Shown here piece by piece: positions 28,905 to 38,793 of a DNA stretch of 64,000 bases. Within the stretch, counting starts at the first letter, position 1, and the number at the start of each line of letters is the position of its first letter. A model generated the notes under the pieces. The model had not been told where the DNA came from and did not search any database. It worked only from the letters and a program-made list of their open reading frames with translations. The position numbers were made by a program, and so were the translations under genes. The stretch is from an uncultured delta proteobacterium (lineage in GTDB: Bacteria; Desulfobacterota; Desulfomonilia; UBA1062). Location: NCBI GenBank assembly GCA_963785235.1, contig CAWAUM010000005.1, positions 544,001-608,000 on the forward strand, given 5' to 3'.

Positions 28905-29162
28905 CTATCGTTGTTTTTGCCTCCAATAGCTGTTGTAATGCGTAGGGCAACTGCATACTTTACTGAAGCCAATACTTGCTCGATACGGACATTCTTCATT
29001 TATTTTAGATTTCAAGAATAAGACATAAGGTCCATTAGCATAGCTAACTTCACACATCTCACGTTCGCCACACTTGCCAGATTCAAGGCAGGAGAATTCG
29101 TGTTGACACTTCGTTGTTAGGGTTAAGATCTCTTTAGGGACATAGATAGACATATTTACCAT
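28905..29162 (-). CDS. Small Cys-rich hypothetical protein
   Basis: Seven Cys (CQHEFSC, C....C, CPY, CSCP); AAGGGGG RBS. Confidence 0.55.
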   Translation of the reverse strand: MVNMSIYVPKEILTLTTKCQHEFSCLESGKCGEREMCEVSYANGPYVLFLKSKINEECPYRASIGFSKVCSCPTHYNSYWRQKQR

Positions 29163-29616
29163 CCCCCTTTTCTTACTTTTCTCTGTTAAGTATTATCTTT
29201 AAAACACCAGGTAAAACCAATCCGGCAAATTTGCCTCCCTTCATTTATAATTTTGACATAAACCTTCTGAATCTAGGGGTTCATAGTGGTGTAATGAAAA
29301 CAAAAAGGCATACAAGGAATCATTCAAAAGAGACACTCAATAGCATCAACAAAGAATCTATATGCAAATAATTAGACTTCTTAAAAATACTCGGTCACCA
29401 TGAAAATCAATAGCAAGGGTTGAAATAAAATACGAAAGTATAGCCATAGGGAGAACCATAGATTTCGCGCCAGGATCGGTACTTTATCCTCTAGCCTGAA
29501 AGGCATAGATCTCGTTACAGATCCAATACACACTCATTAGAAGCGCTCTAGCCAAAAAAACTAAGTTCTTTTAGATTGTGAACCGCATTTCCTCAAATTC
29601 CATCTATTAAGTAAGC

Positions 29617-29958
29617 ATGAGGAAAATACTGTTAGTAAGTGATGATAAACGCACCCAGCTACTTCTCAATGAAGAGTTTGAAGATGGGTATCAAGTATTG
29701 ACTGTGTCTAATAGGAAAGAAGCGCTTTCCCTATTAGCAAAAAATTCTAAAAAGCCAGACCTCGTTATCCTTGATCTCAGCGTACCTGAAAAAAGTAGGA
29801 TTGATACTCTTGGCCATATATTAAAGCAAAAGTTTAAATTACCCGTGATTATATTTCCAGCTTATAGCATCTTTAGGAAAGACACATTGAGAACAGAAAT
29901 TGATACATACAGGGTTAGATCTTCAGATATTTCGGCGCTAAGAAAAAAAGGTCCATGA
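29617..29958 (+). CDS. Degenerate single-domain response regulator receiver
   Basis: KILLVSDD, PDLVILDL, LPVIIF; conserved Thr/Ser and Lys positions altered. Confidence 0.7.
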   Translation: MRKILLVSDDKRTQLLLNEEFEDGYQVLTVSNRKEALSLLAKNSKKPDLVILDLSVPEKSRIDTLGHILKQKFKLPVIIFPAYSIFRKDTLRTEIDTYRVRSSDISALRKKGP

Positions 29959-30339
29959 CCTGATATAGAGCTGAAGTGTAGATCATGTGTCATACCTGAC
30001 ACTCATATCTGGCCTGATTTCATTATAGATTATATTTTGAGATTATCTGTTTTCAGTCCTTACAAAAGTGTCCGTCTATCGCAGGGATCAACGCTATAGG
30101 CAAACCGATGATTATGGTTAAAAGCATTCAGTAATCAGAAACCACTGTTCATGGCAGAGACTGTTGCCCATTAAAAGGTTCTGTCAATGAGAAAATAGTT
30201 CTCCCATTACAAGAGCCGTTATCTCTTGCAGAGTTTACCATTGCGCCAGCACGGACGATTCTCCTTCTCTCCGATCTCGCATCAGTTATTTCTTTTTCTT
30301 GGTTACGATTCATTTATCCTGAACCGCACCAGTCACCCA

Positions 30340-30660
30340 TCGGGATCAAGGTTGCCAGGTATGGCTGTTGCGAAGCGGAGAGACATAAGGAATCTCGGAG
30401 CGAAGAAACAGCCATACCTGCGTAACCCCTGGCCTGATATCCAGGCCCCAGAAAATCGTCTGTTCCCTGGTATGTCCAACTTATTTCTCAAAACCCTTGG
30501 CTCTATGTCCAAACTCGTATGGTTCATATCAGAGGCGGATCAGAAAGTGATTATCCTTCCCTGCTGAATAATCTTAAATTTAGAGGCATAGGGTGGTGGA
30601 TCAATCAAAAAACAGTGGTTGTCGGCCAACAGTCTCCCCGAACTCACCACCCCAGCCATT
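30340..30660 (-). ncRNA. Predicted bridge/seek RNA of the IS110 element (boundaries approximate)
   Basis: GGGUGGUG...CACCACCC stem enclosing matches to both target flanks; 30356-30420 contains matches to the donor junction. Confidence 0.65.
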
Positions 30661-31686
30661 CTATGAGAACAAGGCCTCCTCCTTGAAAGGAACCTGATCT
30701 CTCATGATGTAATAGCAAGCACGGGAAAGCTTGTTTGCCAGTGCCTTCCTCGCAATAATAGGATTCGTTTCCCGTGACTTGCGCTGATAGTACGCATTTG
30801 CCCGTTCACTGTAGATTCTGGAAAAATTACTAGCTTCCATAAATGCCCAGGCCAGATACTTGTTCCCGTTCTTTTTGTTGCCAACCCCTTTCTTCTTTCC
30901 ATTGCTGGTGTGCACACTGGAGACACACCTGCAGTACGAGGAAAAATTGCCAACACTAGGGAATCGGGATATATTCCCTACCTCCAGCATGATGGTCATC
31001 GCCAGGATATCTCCGATACCGATGACAGTAAGCAGATTCTCAAACCCAGAGCGTATCTTTAAAACCTTCCGCACTGCCTTTTCTATGCTCGTTATGTGGT
31101 GGCCCAGGAAATCAACGATGTTCGTACTCACCTTCCCAGAGAACAACAGATGTTCGTCGGTGAAGATCTTCTTCAAATCATCAGGGCACAGCTTCTTGAT
31201 CCCTGCTCCATTTATTCGCATCCCCGTGTTCCGTTCAATCATTGATTGGCATGAGAGGAGATTGGCTGTCCTGTGCCGCATCAAAAACGCTCTCTTCCTC
31301 AGCAGATCTCTTACCGGTCTGTCTTCCTTGGGGTAGATGTACCCTTCTGGTAGAATACCAAGGATCAGAAGTTGAGCTAGCCAGAATGCATCATGACGGT
31401 CGTCTTTATACTTGATCCCTTCATATTGTTTGATCGCTGACGGATTCGCTAAATGTAAGCAACCATATCCCGCTTCCATCAACCCGTCGACCAGCCAGTA
31501 CCAGTTGTATGTGCTCTCAACAACGATCCCCTTCACCTCATCATGGTAAGGCTCCAACGCCTGTAGTATCTCACCAAGGTCATTATTGTGCCTATTCTGG
31601 TAAACCCTTCTTTTCGATTCACCTTCCATGATTCCCATGTATGTGTTCCTTGAATGCAGATCCAACCCAACATACAGCTCTCCCAT
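30661..31686 (-). CDS. IS110-family DEDD recombinase
   Basis: VGLDLHS, VVESTYNWYW, KDDRHDA, GIG, RF.S...F.SY, TSNGKKKG, LANKLSR. Confidence 0.95.
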   Translation of the reverse strand: MGELYVGLDLHSRNTYMGIMEGESKRRVYQNRHNNDLGEILQALEPYHDEVKGIVVESTYNWYWLVDGLMEAGYGCLHLANPSAIKQYEGIKYKDDRHDAFWLAQLLILGILPEGYIYPKEDRPVRDLLRKRAFLMRHRTANLLSCQSMIERNTGMRINGAGIKKLCPDDLKKIFTDEHLLFSGKVSTNIVDFLGHHITSIEKAVRKVLKIRSGFENLLTVIGIGDILAMTIMLEVGNISRFPSVGNFSSYCRCVSSVHTSNGKKKGVGNKKNGNKYLAWAFMEASNFSRIYSERANAYYQRKSRETNPIIARKALANKLSRACYYIMRDQVPFKEEALFS

Positions 31687-31975
31687 AAGATGCCTCCTCT
31701 TTCTTTTTATCCGTTAACGGCTCTTATGATTTGTAGAGTGAACCTTTTAGATGGCTATCAAAAAACCTTCACAGGATGGAACGTGATAAAAATCGACATC
31801 ATAGAATGCTCTACGATGGAAGATCTTTTATCGGGGCTTGTGTTTTGATGGTTTAAATTTGGTGGTTTTTGAGATCGCCGGACTTTTTCAACAGACTCGC
31901 ATGTAACATATATTCATACTGTAAATTATCTATACTAATACCCATTGTGTTTATGAGTATGTCTTGAGTATTCCA

Positions 31976-32647
31976 TTAAAGCAGCATGAAAGGGCTCATG
32001 GGCAACCATTTTTTCTTCCATCCATCAGAGGCGATCTGTTTAGTCAAAGCTGGAGGTATCTTTTTTGAAATAACAGCCCTTTCTGCAGGAGGAAGGTTAT
32101 ATAAGAGGAAAGGAACCACAAGATAATCCGGTACTGCGTGCTTGTGGATATATTCATTGAAGATTCTGCTAAGCCTTGTCTGTTCTCCATATCCGATTGC
32201 CATATCTATTTTGTCAGTGGTGAAATACTTTTCTTCAACCTCTATATGAGGATGCCATTTCTCTTTAGTGTCACCCAATTTTCTATTTAAGACTCCAAGG
32301 TGTTCTCCAAAGCTCCTACTTGACATCGGTTCTTCCATGGTTTTCACAATGCTATCAAGGTCATTCATCATATCCTGATGCTGCGTTCTCAGCATATCAA
32401 ATGGTACTTCAGGCATTCTGTATTTCAGATATGGATATACGATCTTGTCTTCGAGATGATGGTGACCGTTCATTACTGAGATGAGGCTTTTCACATAACT
32501 GATAAATCCCCTGTTTTTTGATTCATTGATATGTCTTGCCAGGCTGGAAGAATGACTGTATCCAAGAGCAACATAGAGACCTCGTGTAATCACAGAATGG
32601 ATACGGATCAGGTCTTTTCCGATATCTGGTGTGTCACTAATGAACAT
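31976..32647 (-). CDS. Hemerythrin/HHE cation-binding domain protein
   Basis: RIHSVITRGL, HHHLED, QH, HIEVEE. Confidence 0.75.
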   Translation of the reverse strand: MFISDTPDIGKDLIRIHSVITRGLYVALGYSHSSSLARHINESKNRGFISYVKSLISVMNGHHHLEDKIVYPYLKYRMPEVPFDMLRTQHQDMMNDLDSIVKTMEEPMSSRSFGEHLGVLNRKLGDTKEKWHPHIEVEEKYFTTDKIDMAIGYGEQTRLSRIFNEYIHKHAVPDYLVVPFLLYNLPPAERAVISKKIPPALTKQIASDGWKKKWLPMSPFMLL

Positions 32648-32657
32648 ACTCTCTCCT

Positions 32658-32999
32658 TCATTCAGTTCTATCAACCTGTTCATTACTTAATAAGATCTTG
32701 GTAACCCGCATCAGTGACATTTTTGATTTTACAGCACTATTAAGCACCTCATATTCATGCCTACTTATAGGTCTGATCCTATCTTTTATCTGAAATTGGT
32801 TTGTACGAAAGCAGTACGGACAGGTTACATCGACTGCTGTAATGTCATAGCTCAATCCCGCCCCTTCCTTCTGTAGATAAGACATGCCATTGGATGGGAT
32901 AGTGGAGGAGTTGAATGACTCGACTGGAATGATTTCGTTGCATCCAGGATAACGACATTTGAAAACATGATAATTGCGATTATTTTCAATACTATTCAT
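32658..32999 (-). CDS. Zn-ribbon hypothetical protein
   Basis: CRYPGC ... CPYC; poly-G RBS before ATG 32999. Confidence 0.55.
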   Translation of the reverse strand: MNSIENNRNYHVFKCRYPGCNEIIPVESFNSSTIPSNGMSYLQKEGAGLSYDITAVDVTCPYCFRTNQFQIKDRIRPISRHEYEVLNSAVKSKMSLMRVTKILLSNEQVDRTE

Positions 33000-33068
33000 A
33001 ACCCCCCCCCTTCTGTGTGTTGAAGGCCCAGTAACCATCTTTTTAACCTTCCAGTTTCACCGACAGTA

Positions 33069-33125
33069 TTCAATAGGTGTGCCAGCCACCTCTATTTATT
33101 CAGAATTAATGATATCAACATATTA
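33069..33125 (-). promoter_or_regulatory. sigma54 promoter plus IHF site for the Zn-ribbon/hemerythrin pair
   Basis: Minus strand TGGCACACCTATTGAA (33084-33069); TATCAACATATTA (33113-33125) fits WATCAANNNNTTR. Confidence 0.6.
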
Positions 33126-33372
33126 GAGGAGTCCAGAATAAACTGTGGTCCTGGACTATGAAGTTTTTGTCTTGTCGCATAGGATTGATCCTGTGATTCA
33201 GGAAAGCCAGACTGTTCTCTTCAGGCTTATGACGATAAGTGAGCACTTCTTAAGGAACACATATTAGATCAATTCAACTTGCTTGGGGTCATCATTTTAA
33301 TACTAATGAAATCTAAGTATATTTCGTATTCTGTGGTTTGATCTTTATTGCGGAATATCATGATAAAAATGA

Positions 33373-33753
33373 TTAGCAGGCTAATACGCTCTGAATAGCT
33401 TCTGCTAATTCGGATCTTGAAAATGGCTTAGGCAGGAATCTCTGAACGCCTATCCCTTCACTGTCAAGTTCCTGCAAAACCTCTTCCGAGCCAGAACAGA
33501 GTATCACAGGTATGTCTTCCCGTATCTTGCGTGCAAGGGTCACAAGCTCATGTCCTTTTAACCCAGGCATGAATTGATCAGTGATAATAATATGAAATTT
33601 ATCCGGTTCTTCACGAAATAAATTGATTGCTTCATCTGGGTTGATGGTAGAGGTCACATTGTAACCAAGATGTTCAAGAAGCCGACTGATACTTCGCAGG
33701 TCTGACCAGTTATCATCTACAAGTAAGATATGCTTCGTTCGTAGTCCGTTCAT
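33373..33753 (-). CDS. Single-domain response regulator
   Basis: ILLVDD, IITDQFMP, ILCSG, LPKPF. Confidence 0.92.
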   Translation of the reverse strand: MNGLRTKHILLVDDNWSDLRSISRLLEHLGYNVTSTINPDEAINLFREEPDKFHIIITDQFMPGLKGHELVTLARKIREDIPVILCSGSEEVLQELDSEGIGVQRFLPKPFSRSELAEAIQSVLAC

Positions 33754-33775
33754 TTGGAAATATTATGTTAAGTTT

Positions 33776-36700
33776 CTAACTCAAAGAATCAAGGTGTAAT
33801 GGGAAAAATATCTCGAACCGGGTTCCCTTTCCTACCTCGCTATATACCAGCATGGAGCTTTGGGAATTCTTGACAACTGAATAAACGATAGCAAGGCCCA
33901 GCCCGGTGCCTTCTGCTTTCCTCGTCGTAAAGAATGGATCGAATATGTCCCCCATAATCTCCGGTTTAATCCCAGACCCAGTATCGCTGACAGTGAGCTT
34001 CATGTACTTTCCAGGATTAAGATCATTGCCAATGGCGGGAGTCGCTTGTGTAATCTCAGTCTCATCGAGCGACACATCCAGAGTCCCACCCTTGCGACTC
34101 ATAGCCTGTGCTGCATTTGTGCAGAGATTGAGAACCAGTTGATTGATCTGAGTTGAATCAGCATTTACCAGATAGCCATTCATAGTTATATCGTCATGAA
34201 GATTGATATTGGGTGAGAGCGTTTGCTTGACAAGTTTCAAGGCTTTATGGACAACCTGACTAATTGGAATGGGCTTGAGTATCGGATTCAGGCTTGAGCC
34301 GAAAGACTTGATCTGCTTGATTAGGGTTCTACCAAGCTGTGCTGCATCGATTATCTGATCAAGATACTCCCTCTCTTGTGTCCCTGCTGGAAGCTTATCT
34401 GATATCATCTCTGAGTTGAGGAGTATCGGCTGGAGTATGTTATTCAGATCATGGGCTATACCCCCTGCCAACTTGCCCAGGGCTTCCATTCTCTGGGCTT
34501 GTATAAGCTGGACCTCAAGCCTATTCCTTTCTTCTTCAGAATGTAAACGTTCAATCATTTCCTTATGAAGTTGTAAGTTCGTATCTTCTAGTTCATTTGT
34601 TCGTTGCATAATTAGTTCTTCCAGGTGCTCACGGTAACTTTTCAAATCCTCCTCAGCCTGCTTGCGTTTGGTGATGTCTGTAAGCATGGATAGAGTACCT
34701 TTGAAATGACCTTCAGAGTCATACATGGGTATGGCATTGGATATCACCCATAGAATGGAACCATTTTTCTGATGAAGCTTAAATTCTTCATGTGTTCCTT
34801 TCCCTGCTTTCAGTTTTTCTCTGACCTTTAGTGCAAGTCGTTCTTGATCCTCATCTAAAAATTCTGATGGGGCTCTGCCAATCATTTCCTCTATTGTACA
34901 ACCAAGCATATCTGCCATTCTCTGATTAATTAATATGGTTTTCCTCTCAGTATCTGTGATCCAGATACCTTCGTTTGCAGTCTCTACAATTGTGCGGTAC
35001 TTTTCCTCGCTCTCACGGAGTGCCTCTCCAGTCTGTATCAGCTCAGTGACATTCCTAAAATACCCGATCAGGCCATCGATCTGGCCCTGCGCATCAAATT
35101 TTGGAATATACGATCCGTTGAAAAATTGTTGGCCTCCTTGGGTAGAAGACACAGGCATCTCCAGATGTATAGATTTGCCTGTCTCCAGGACCTGTCGCTT
35201 GATTTTTGTGAGGGATTCCGCATCTTTCTTCGTTAAGATATCAAAATCGGTTTTACCTATCATATCCTGTTCCGACAGACCCAGTTGAGGATTTACTACA
35301 AATGTATAGCGCAATTCACGGTCCTGTAACATGATATGGTCAGGGGTACTGGATGTGATCGCCTTGAACCGCTCCTCGCTCTCCCGCAAGGACTCCTCTG
35401 CTTGCTTGCGTTCGGTGATGTCCATGAATATAACAGCAAACTGGCCCTGTATCGGGCGATAGGCATAGACATCATAGTGTCTCTTGAGCACTGGAGAATA
35501 GTTGTCGAATTGAACTGGATTACCCGTTAGGGCTACCTTGCCATAGATTTGTAACCACTTGGGGTCATCATTGGGTAAGATATCATTATGTCTTTGGCCT
35601 ACGACCTTCTCTCGTTTAAGGCCAGTCTGTTGTTCAAATGCTGGATTGATCTCCAGAAAGCGCCAATCGCAGGGATGGCCCTGGTCATCCAGGATGATCT
35701 CATGCAAGGCGAAGCCTTCGGTCATTCCGGTGAATAACGACTGATACTGTTCTTTACTCTGCAGTAACGCCTCCTCGGATTGCTTACGTTCAGTGACGTC
35801 CCGGATAATGATCTGAACAGCAGGCTCACCCTGTAAATTTACAATGCTGCCTACGGTCTCAACCGGAGTTACTCGGCCGTCCAAGCTCATCATCCTGGTT
35901 TCCCGCAATGGAACTCTCTGTTCCACCAGTGCCAGTTGCATCCGGGCTTTTATTGCATCACGGTCATCAGGATGAATTAAGTCAGGAACCGTTTTAGCCT
36001 GAAGTTGTTCGAGCGAATCTGCGCCGTACATTTTTAGAGCAACAGAATTTGCATAGAGAAATCTTCCATTACGGTGAACGATAACACCATCCGGTGATGA
36101 CTCTACGAGTGACCGATAGCGTGCTTCACTTTCACGGAGCGCCTTCTCCAGTGGCAAAATCCAGGTACCACTTTGTCTTACTGAAGAGATTGTGGCAATC
36201 AATAGGTACACTCCACCAAGATACTGTGAAAATCTACTGGTCCAGTTCAAAGGACTACCGAATTTTGTTTGCAATGAGACACCTAAAAGACCAACTACTA
36301 TCAACCCAAAGCCTAAAGTACACCAATAATAAAAATTCGACTTGCTTGATCCATAGTTAAACCTCAGTAAAATGGCAGAAGCTGTGAATAACCCCGCAGT
36401 GGTCCACAGGGTCAGAAGGTTGTATATAGTTGCGCCATGGCCATCAATAAAAAAAACCGGCAGCAGTTCATTGCGGACTGCCATTACGAAGATAGACTCG
36501 ATCACCATGATTCCAAGATAAAAAGTCAGCAAAACGGGCCATCCGGACCTCAGTCTCCACGGTTTAACTGACCCTCCCTCAAGGGCGCTGATCGTGATGC
36601 AGAGTCCTGCTAGGAATGCAGATAGATTGTAAACAGTAACCGTCCAGTTTGGACCGGGTTTACCAAGGGGCAGGGCTCCAAGCGCTCCACCCAAACCCAA

Positions 36701-37000
36701 GGCCAGCATTCCACAACCAAACAGAAGGAAAAAACTGGTATGAGTTCCTAAATAGCTCCTTGCTGCCAACAAAGACACGAGGAATGTGATTATTGTCAGG
36801 AAGGTAATATTCAGGACTTTAAGAAGGTTGGGAGGATTCCAGACAACTTCTATAGGAATGAAGGCTAAGGCTATGATAGTGATAAAAAAAATAACTACAG
36901 GCAGCCAGGCTATGCTTTGGATTAAACTTGTGAGAGATTGTGATGAATGAGATACTTGAGAGTCTCTGGCCTTTGCTTCTCGCCGATCGACCCCAATCAT
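33776..37000 (-). CDS. Membrane-bound sensor histidine kinase with four PAS domains
   Basis: Multi-TM N-terminus; four PAS starts (SSPDG, GMTEG, STPDH, TANEG); AHDLNN, NLCTNA, DTGSG, FDPFFTT, GTGLGL. Confidence 0.95.
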   Translation of the reverse strand: MIGVDRREAKARDSQVSHSSQSLTSLIQSIAWLPVVIFFITIIALAFIPIEVVWNPPNLLKVLNITFLTIITFLVSLLAARSYLGTHTSFFLLFGCGMLALGLGGALGALPLGKPGPNWTVTVYNLSAFLAGLCITISALEGGSVKPWRLRSGWPVLLTFYLGIMVIESIFVMAVRNELLPVFFIDGHGATIYNLLTLWTTAGLFTASAILLRFNYGSSKSNFYYWCTLGFGLIVVGLLGVSLQTKFGSPLNWTSRFSQYLGGVYLLIATISSVRQSGTWILPLEKALRESEARYRSLVESSPDGVIVHRNGRFLYANSVALKMYGADSLEQLQAKTVPDLIHPDDRDAIKARMQLALVEQRVPLRETRMMSLDGRVTPVETVGSIVNLQGEPAVQIIIRDVTERKQSEEALLQSKEQYQSLFTGMTEGFALHEIILDDQGHPCDWRFLEINPAFEQQTGLKREKVVGQRHNDILPNDDPKWLQIYGKVALTGNPVQFDNYSPVLKRHYDVYAYRPIQGQFAVIFMDITERKQAEESLRESEERFKAITSSTPDHIMLQDRELRYTFVVNPQLGLSEQDMIGKTDFDILTKKDAESLTKIKRQVLETGKSIHLEMPVSSTQGGQQFFNGSYIPKFDAQGQIDGLIGYFRNVTELIQTGEALRESEEKYRTIVETANEGIWITDTERKTILINQRMADMLGCTIEEMIGRAPSEFLDEDQERLALKVREKLKAGKGTHEEFKLHQKNGSILWVISNAIPMYDSEGHFKGTLSMLTDITKRKQAEEDLKSYREHLEELIMQRTNELEDTNLQLHKEMIERLHSEEERNRLEVQLIQAQRMEALGKLAGGIAHDLNNILQPILLNSEMISDKLPAGTQEREYLDQIIDAAQLGRTLIKQIKSFGSSLNPILKPIPISQVVHKALKLVKQTLSPNINLHDDITMNGYLVNADSTQINQLVLNLCTNAAQAMSRKGGTLDVSLDETEITQATPAIGNDLNPGKYMKLTVSDTGSGIKPEIMGDIFDPFFTTRKAEGTGLGLAIVYSVVKNSQSSMLVYSEVGKGTRFEIFFPLHLDSLS

Positions 37001-37428
37001 GATGGCCTCTCCCCCCTACATTTGAAAGCAACTATTTGGTCAAAGTATAATACATATTATACCATATGAAGCTAAAGGACAAATATCAAGATGTTAGCTA
37101 AATAAAGTCGATGAATAATAGGCGGCCTTACCTCCTTAAAAACTTTTTCTCAAAACAGAGACCATGCAATAAGATGGGTGGTTCTAGAATGTCCCAGGAC
37201 CAATGATCTACAAATAGAATCAACGGTTCCACGAGTTTTGAGAAACTGATGAGTTCGTGCCAGGTGCAACGCTTTTTGATTATTGAATATTTGTAACCAT
37301 AATCTTCACCTATTTTCAATAGCCATGGCAAGAATCTCCCGACTCATAAATATTTGATCAATCTGGAGCATTACATAGGTCATGAAAGGTCATTTTTCTT
37401 GTAATATTTCATTGCTAATATTTTCAAA

Positions 37429-37502
37429 ATAGTTACGCTTTTGACTTTACAAGCCCCTAGGTATGTTATATAGTTACGCTAATAGTTAATACCGTAACTA
37501 TA
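37429..37502. repeat. ATAGTTACG boxes over the recombinase promoter
   Basis: ATAGTTACGCT at 37429 and 37470 (direct) and CGTAACTAT at 37493 (inverted); TTGACT at 37441. Confidence 0.6.
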
Positions 37503-37522
37503 ACGTGTTTTGGAGGTGCTTT

Positions 37523-38122
37523 GTGACTGCAAATAAATCACCAGCAAATAAGGGTAAAAAATATCCCCCGGAAGTCCTCTCTCCGGACGAGATCACTGTG
37601 CTACTAAAGACCCCTTCCAATAGGGCACCTACAGGAATCCGTAATCGAGCATTGCTTTATCTTGGTTACAGGGCAGGACTCAGATTATCAGAAGCCCTAG
37701 CTCTTTACCCCAAGGATGTAGAGACCGACACAGGCATTGTCCATATTCTTCACGGCAAAGGAGGCAAGGCCCGTACTGTAGGCCTTCCCCCAGATGCCTG
37801 CATGGCTCTTGATCGATGGCTTGATAAGAGGACAAAGCTGAAGCTCAGCAACAAGGTGCCTATCTTCTGTACCCTGGATGGCGAGCCTATCAGTGATTCA
37901 TATGTGAGGGCATTGATGAAGAGACTGCAGGAACGTGGAGGAATAGACAAGAGGGTTCACTTCCATGGTCTACGACACACTTGTGCTTGGGAACTTGCCA
38001 AACAGGGTGTACCCATGCCTATAATCCAGAAGGCTCTTGGGCATACATCCTTGCAGACTACGGACAGATATCTAAGTCATGTAGCACCCCATGATGTTAT
38101 TGATGTAATGAGAAACAGATAG
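37523..38122 (+). CDS. Minimal tyrosine recombinase (catalytic domain only, ~200 aa)
   Basis: RNRALL, GLRLSE, GKGGKAR, HGLRH, LGH, TTDRY. Confidence 0.93.
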   Translation: MTANKSPANKGKKYPPEVLSPDEITVLLKTPSNRAPTGIRNRALLYLGYRAGLRLSEALALYPKDVETDTGIVHILHGKGGKARTVGLPPDACMALDRWLDKRTKLKLSNKVPIFCTLDGEPISDSYVRALMKRLQERGGIDKRVHFHGLRHTCAWELAKQGVPMPIIQKALGHTSLQTTDRYLSHVAPHDVIDVMRNR

Positions 38123-38144
38123 CTATCCTGATGAGAGGGAAAGA

Positions 38145-38348
38145 ATGATTGGATTGAGATCTACTGATGGTGATCGGTCATTTCAGGTTTATGATGATGA
38201 CATGCTTATTGGTCATATCCAGTTGCAGAGTGGTATGACAGGAGAGAAATATTTTGCATCGGTTGATAAGGATGGAGAAGAGGTTACAGCTGGGAAGGAG
38301 TTTAACAGCCCTAACGATGCTCTCAAGTGGATTGAGAACCAAAGATAA
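38145..38348 (+). CDS. Small hypothetical protein, paralog A
   Basis: GAGAGGG RBS; about 39/68 identical to 38794-39000 by manual alignment. Confidence 0.75.
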   Translation: MIGLRSTDGDRSFQVYDDDMLIGHIQLQSGMTGEKYFASVDKDGEEVTAGKEFNSPNDALKWIENQR

Positions 38349-38550
38349 GACACTACCTACCCCACCTTTATTGTTAATCCATCTCTTACTGGTGACAATG
38401 ATTAATGAGATGGCTTCATGAGACTCTTAAAGCCTGGATAATCGTCACAGCAATATAGCAAGATCTTTGTGTCATCAATGGGTCGTTTGATGAGACATGC
38501 AGTGTGGGGCTTCACATCGTCAAGAAGTTACTGAAAGTTGTGATGCCGGA

Positions 38551-38680
38551 GGTTCTGTCAGTTTTGGCAGTGCTCATTATCTCTGTGGGGACATATACAA
38601 GGTTTGAGAAGTTCAATCCACTTACCCTGCAACAATACCTCCTGATCTCTTATGTATGAACTGTCAAAACTGCCAAAACC
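38551..38680. repeat. 21-bp imperfect inverted repeat
   Basis: GGTTCTGTCAGTTTTGGCAGT (38551-38571) vs ACTGTCAAAACTGCCAAAACC (38660-38680), 18/21. Confidence 0.7.
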
Positions 38681-38793
38681 TGAGAGACAGCATGCATCAA
38701 GATGGAGTATACTGGCTCTCTGTGTTCAGATATGTTAATATTCTAATGGCAATATGATCTGTAGGAGCTTCTTATACCTAAGGATAAAAACAA

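Larger units (their letters stand above)
30163..31756 (-). mobile_element. IS110-family (IS1111-type) element
   Basis: Sub-terminal IRs CCATTAAAAGGTT (30168-30180) / AACCTTTTAGATGG (31741-31754); CT core at both junctions; ~490-bp non-coding end downstream of the recombinase. Confidence 0.85.
30157..31898. mobile_element. Short non-autonomous IS1182-type element (~150 bp when restored) interrupted in its left TIR by an IS110/IS1111 element
   Basis: GCA direct repeats at 30154-30156 and 31899-31901; right TIR CTTTTTCAACAGACTC; left TIR split into GAGACT (30157) and ATCAAAAAACC (31757). Confidence 0.7.

Noticed and set aside
30226-30567. ORFs in the IS110 downstream end
   Set aside because: No RBS or motifs; region is better explained as structured non-coding RNA
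30157-30636. A 480-bp MITE bounded by GAGACTGTTG / CAACAGTCTC
   Set aside because: No target duplication at 30637; the inner copy sits in the IS110 RNA stem-loop, and the GCA-flanked end is at 31898
37523-38122. Integron integrase IntI
   Set aside because: Too short, lacks the IntI-specific insertion, and no regular attC array is visible
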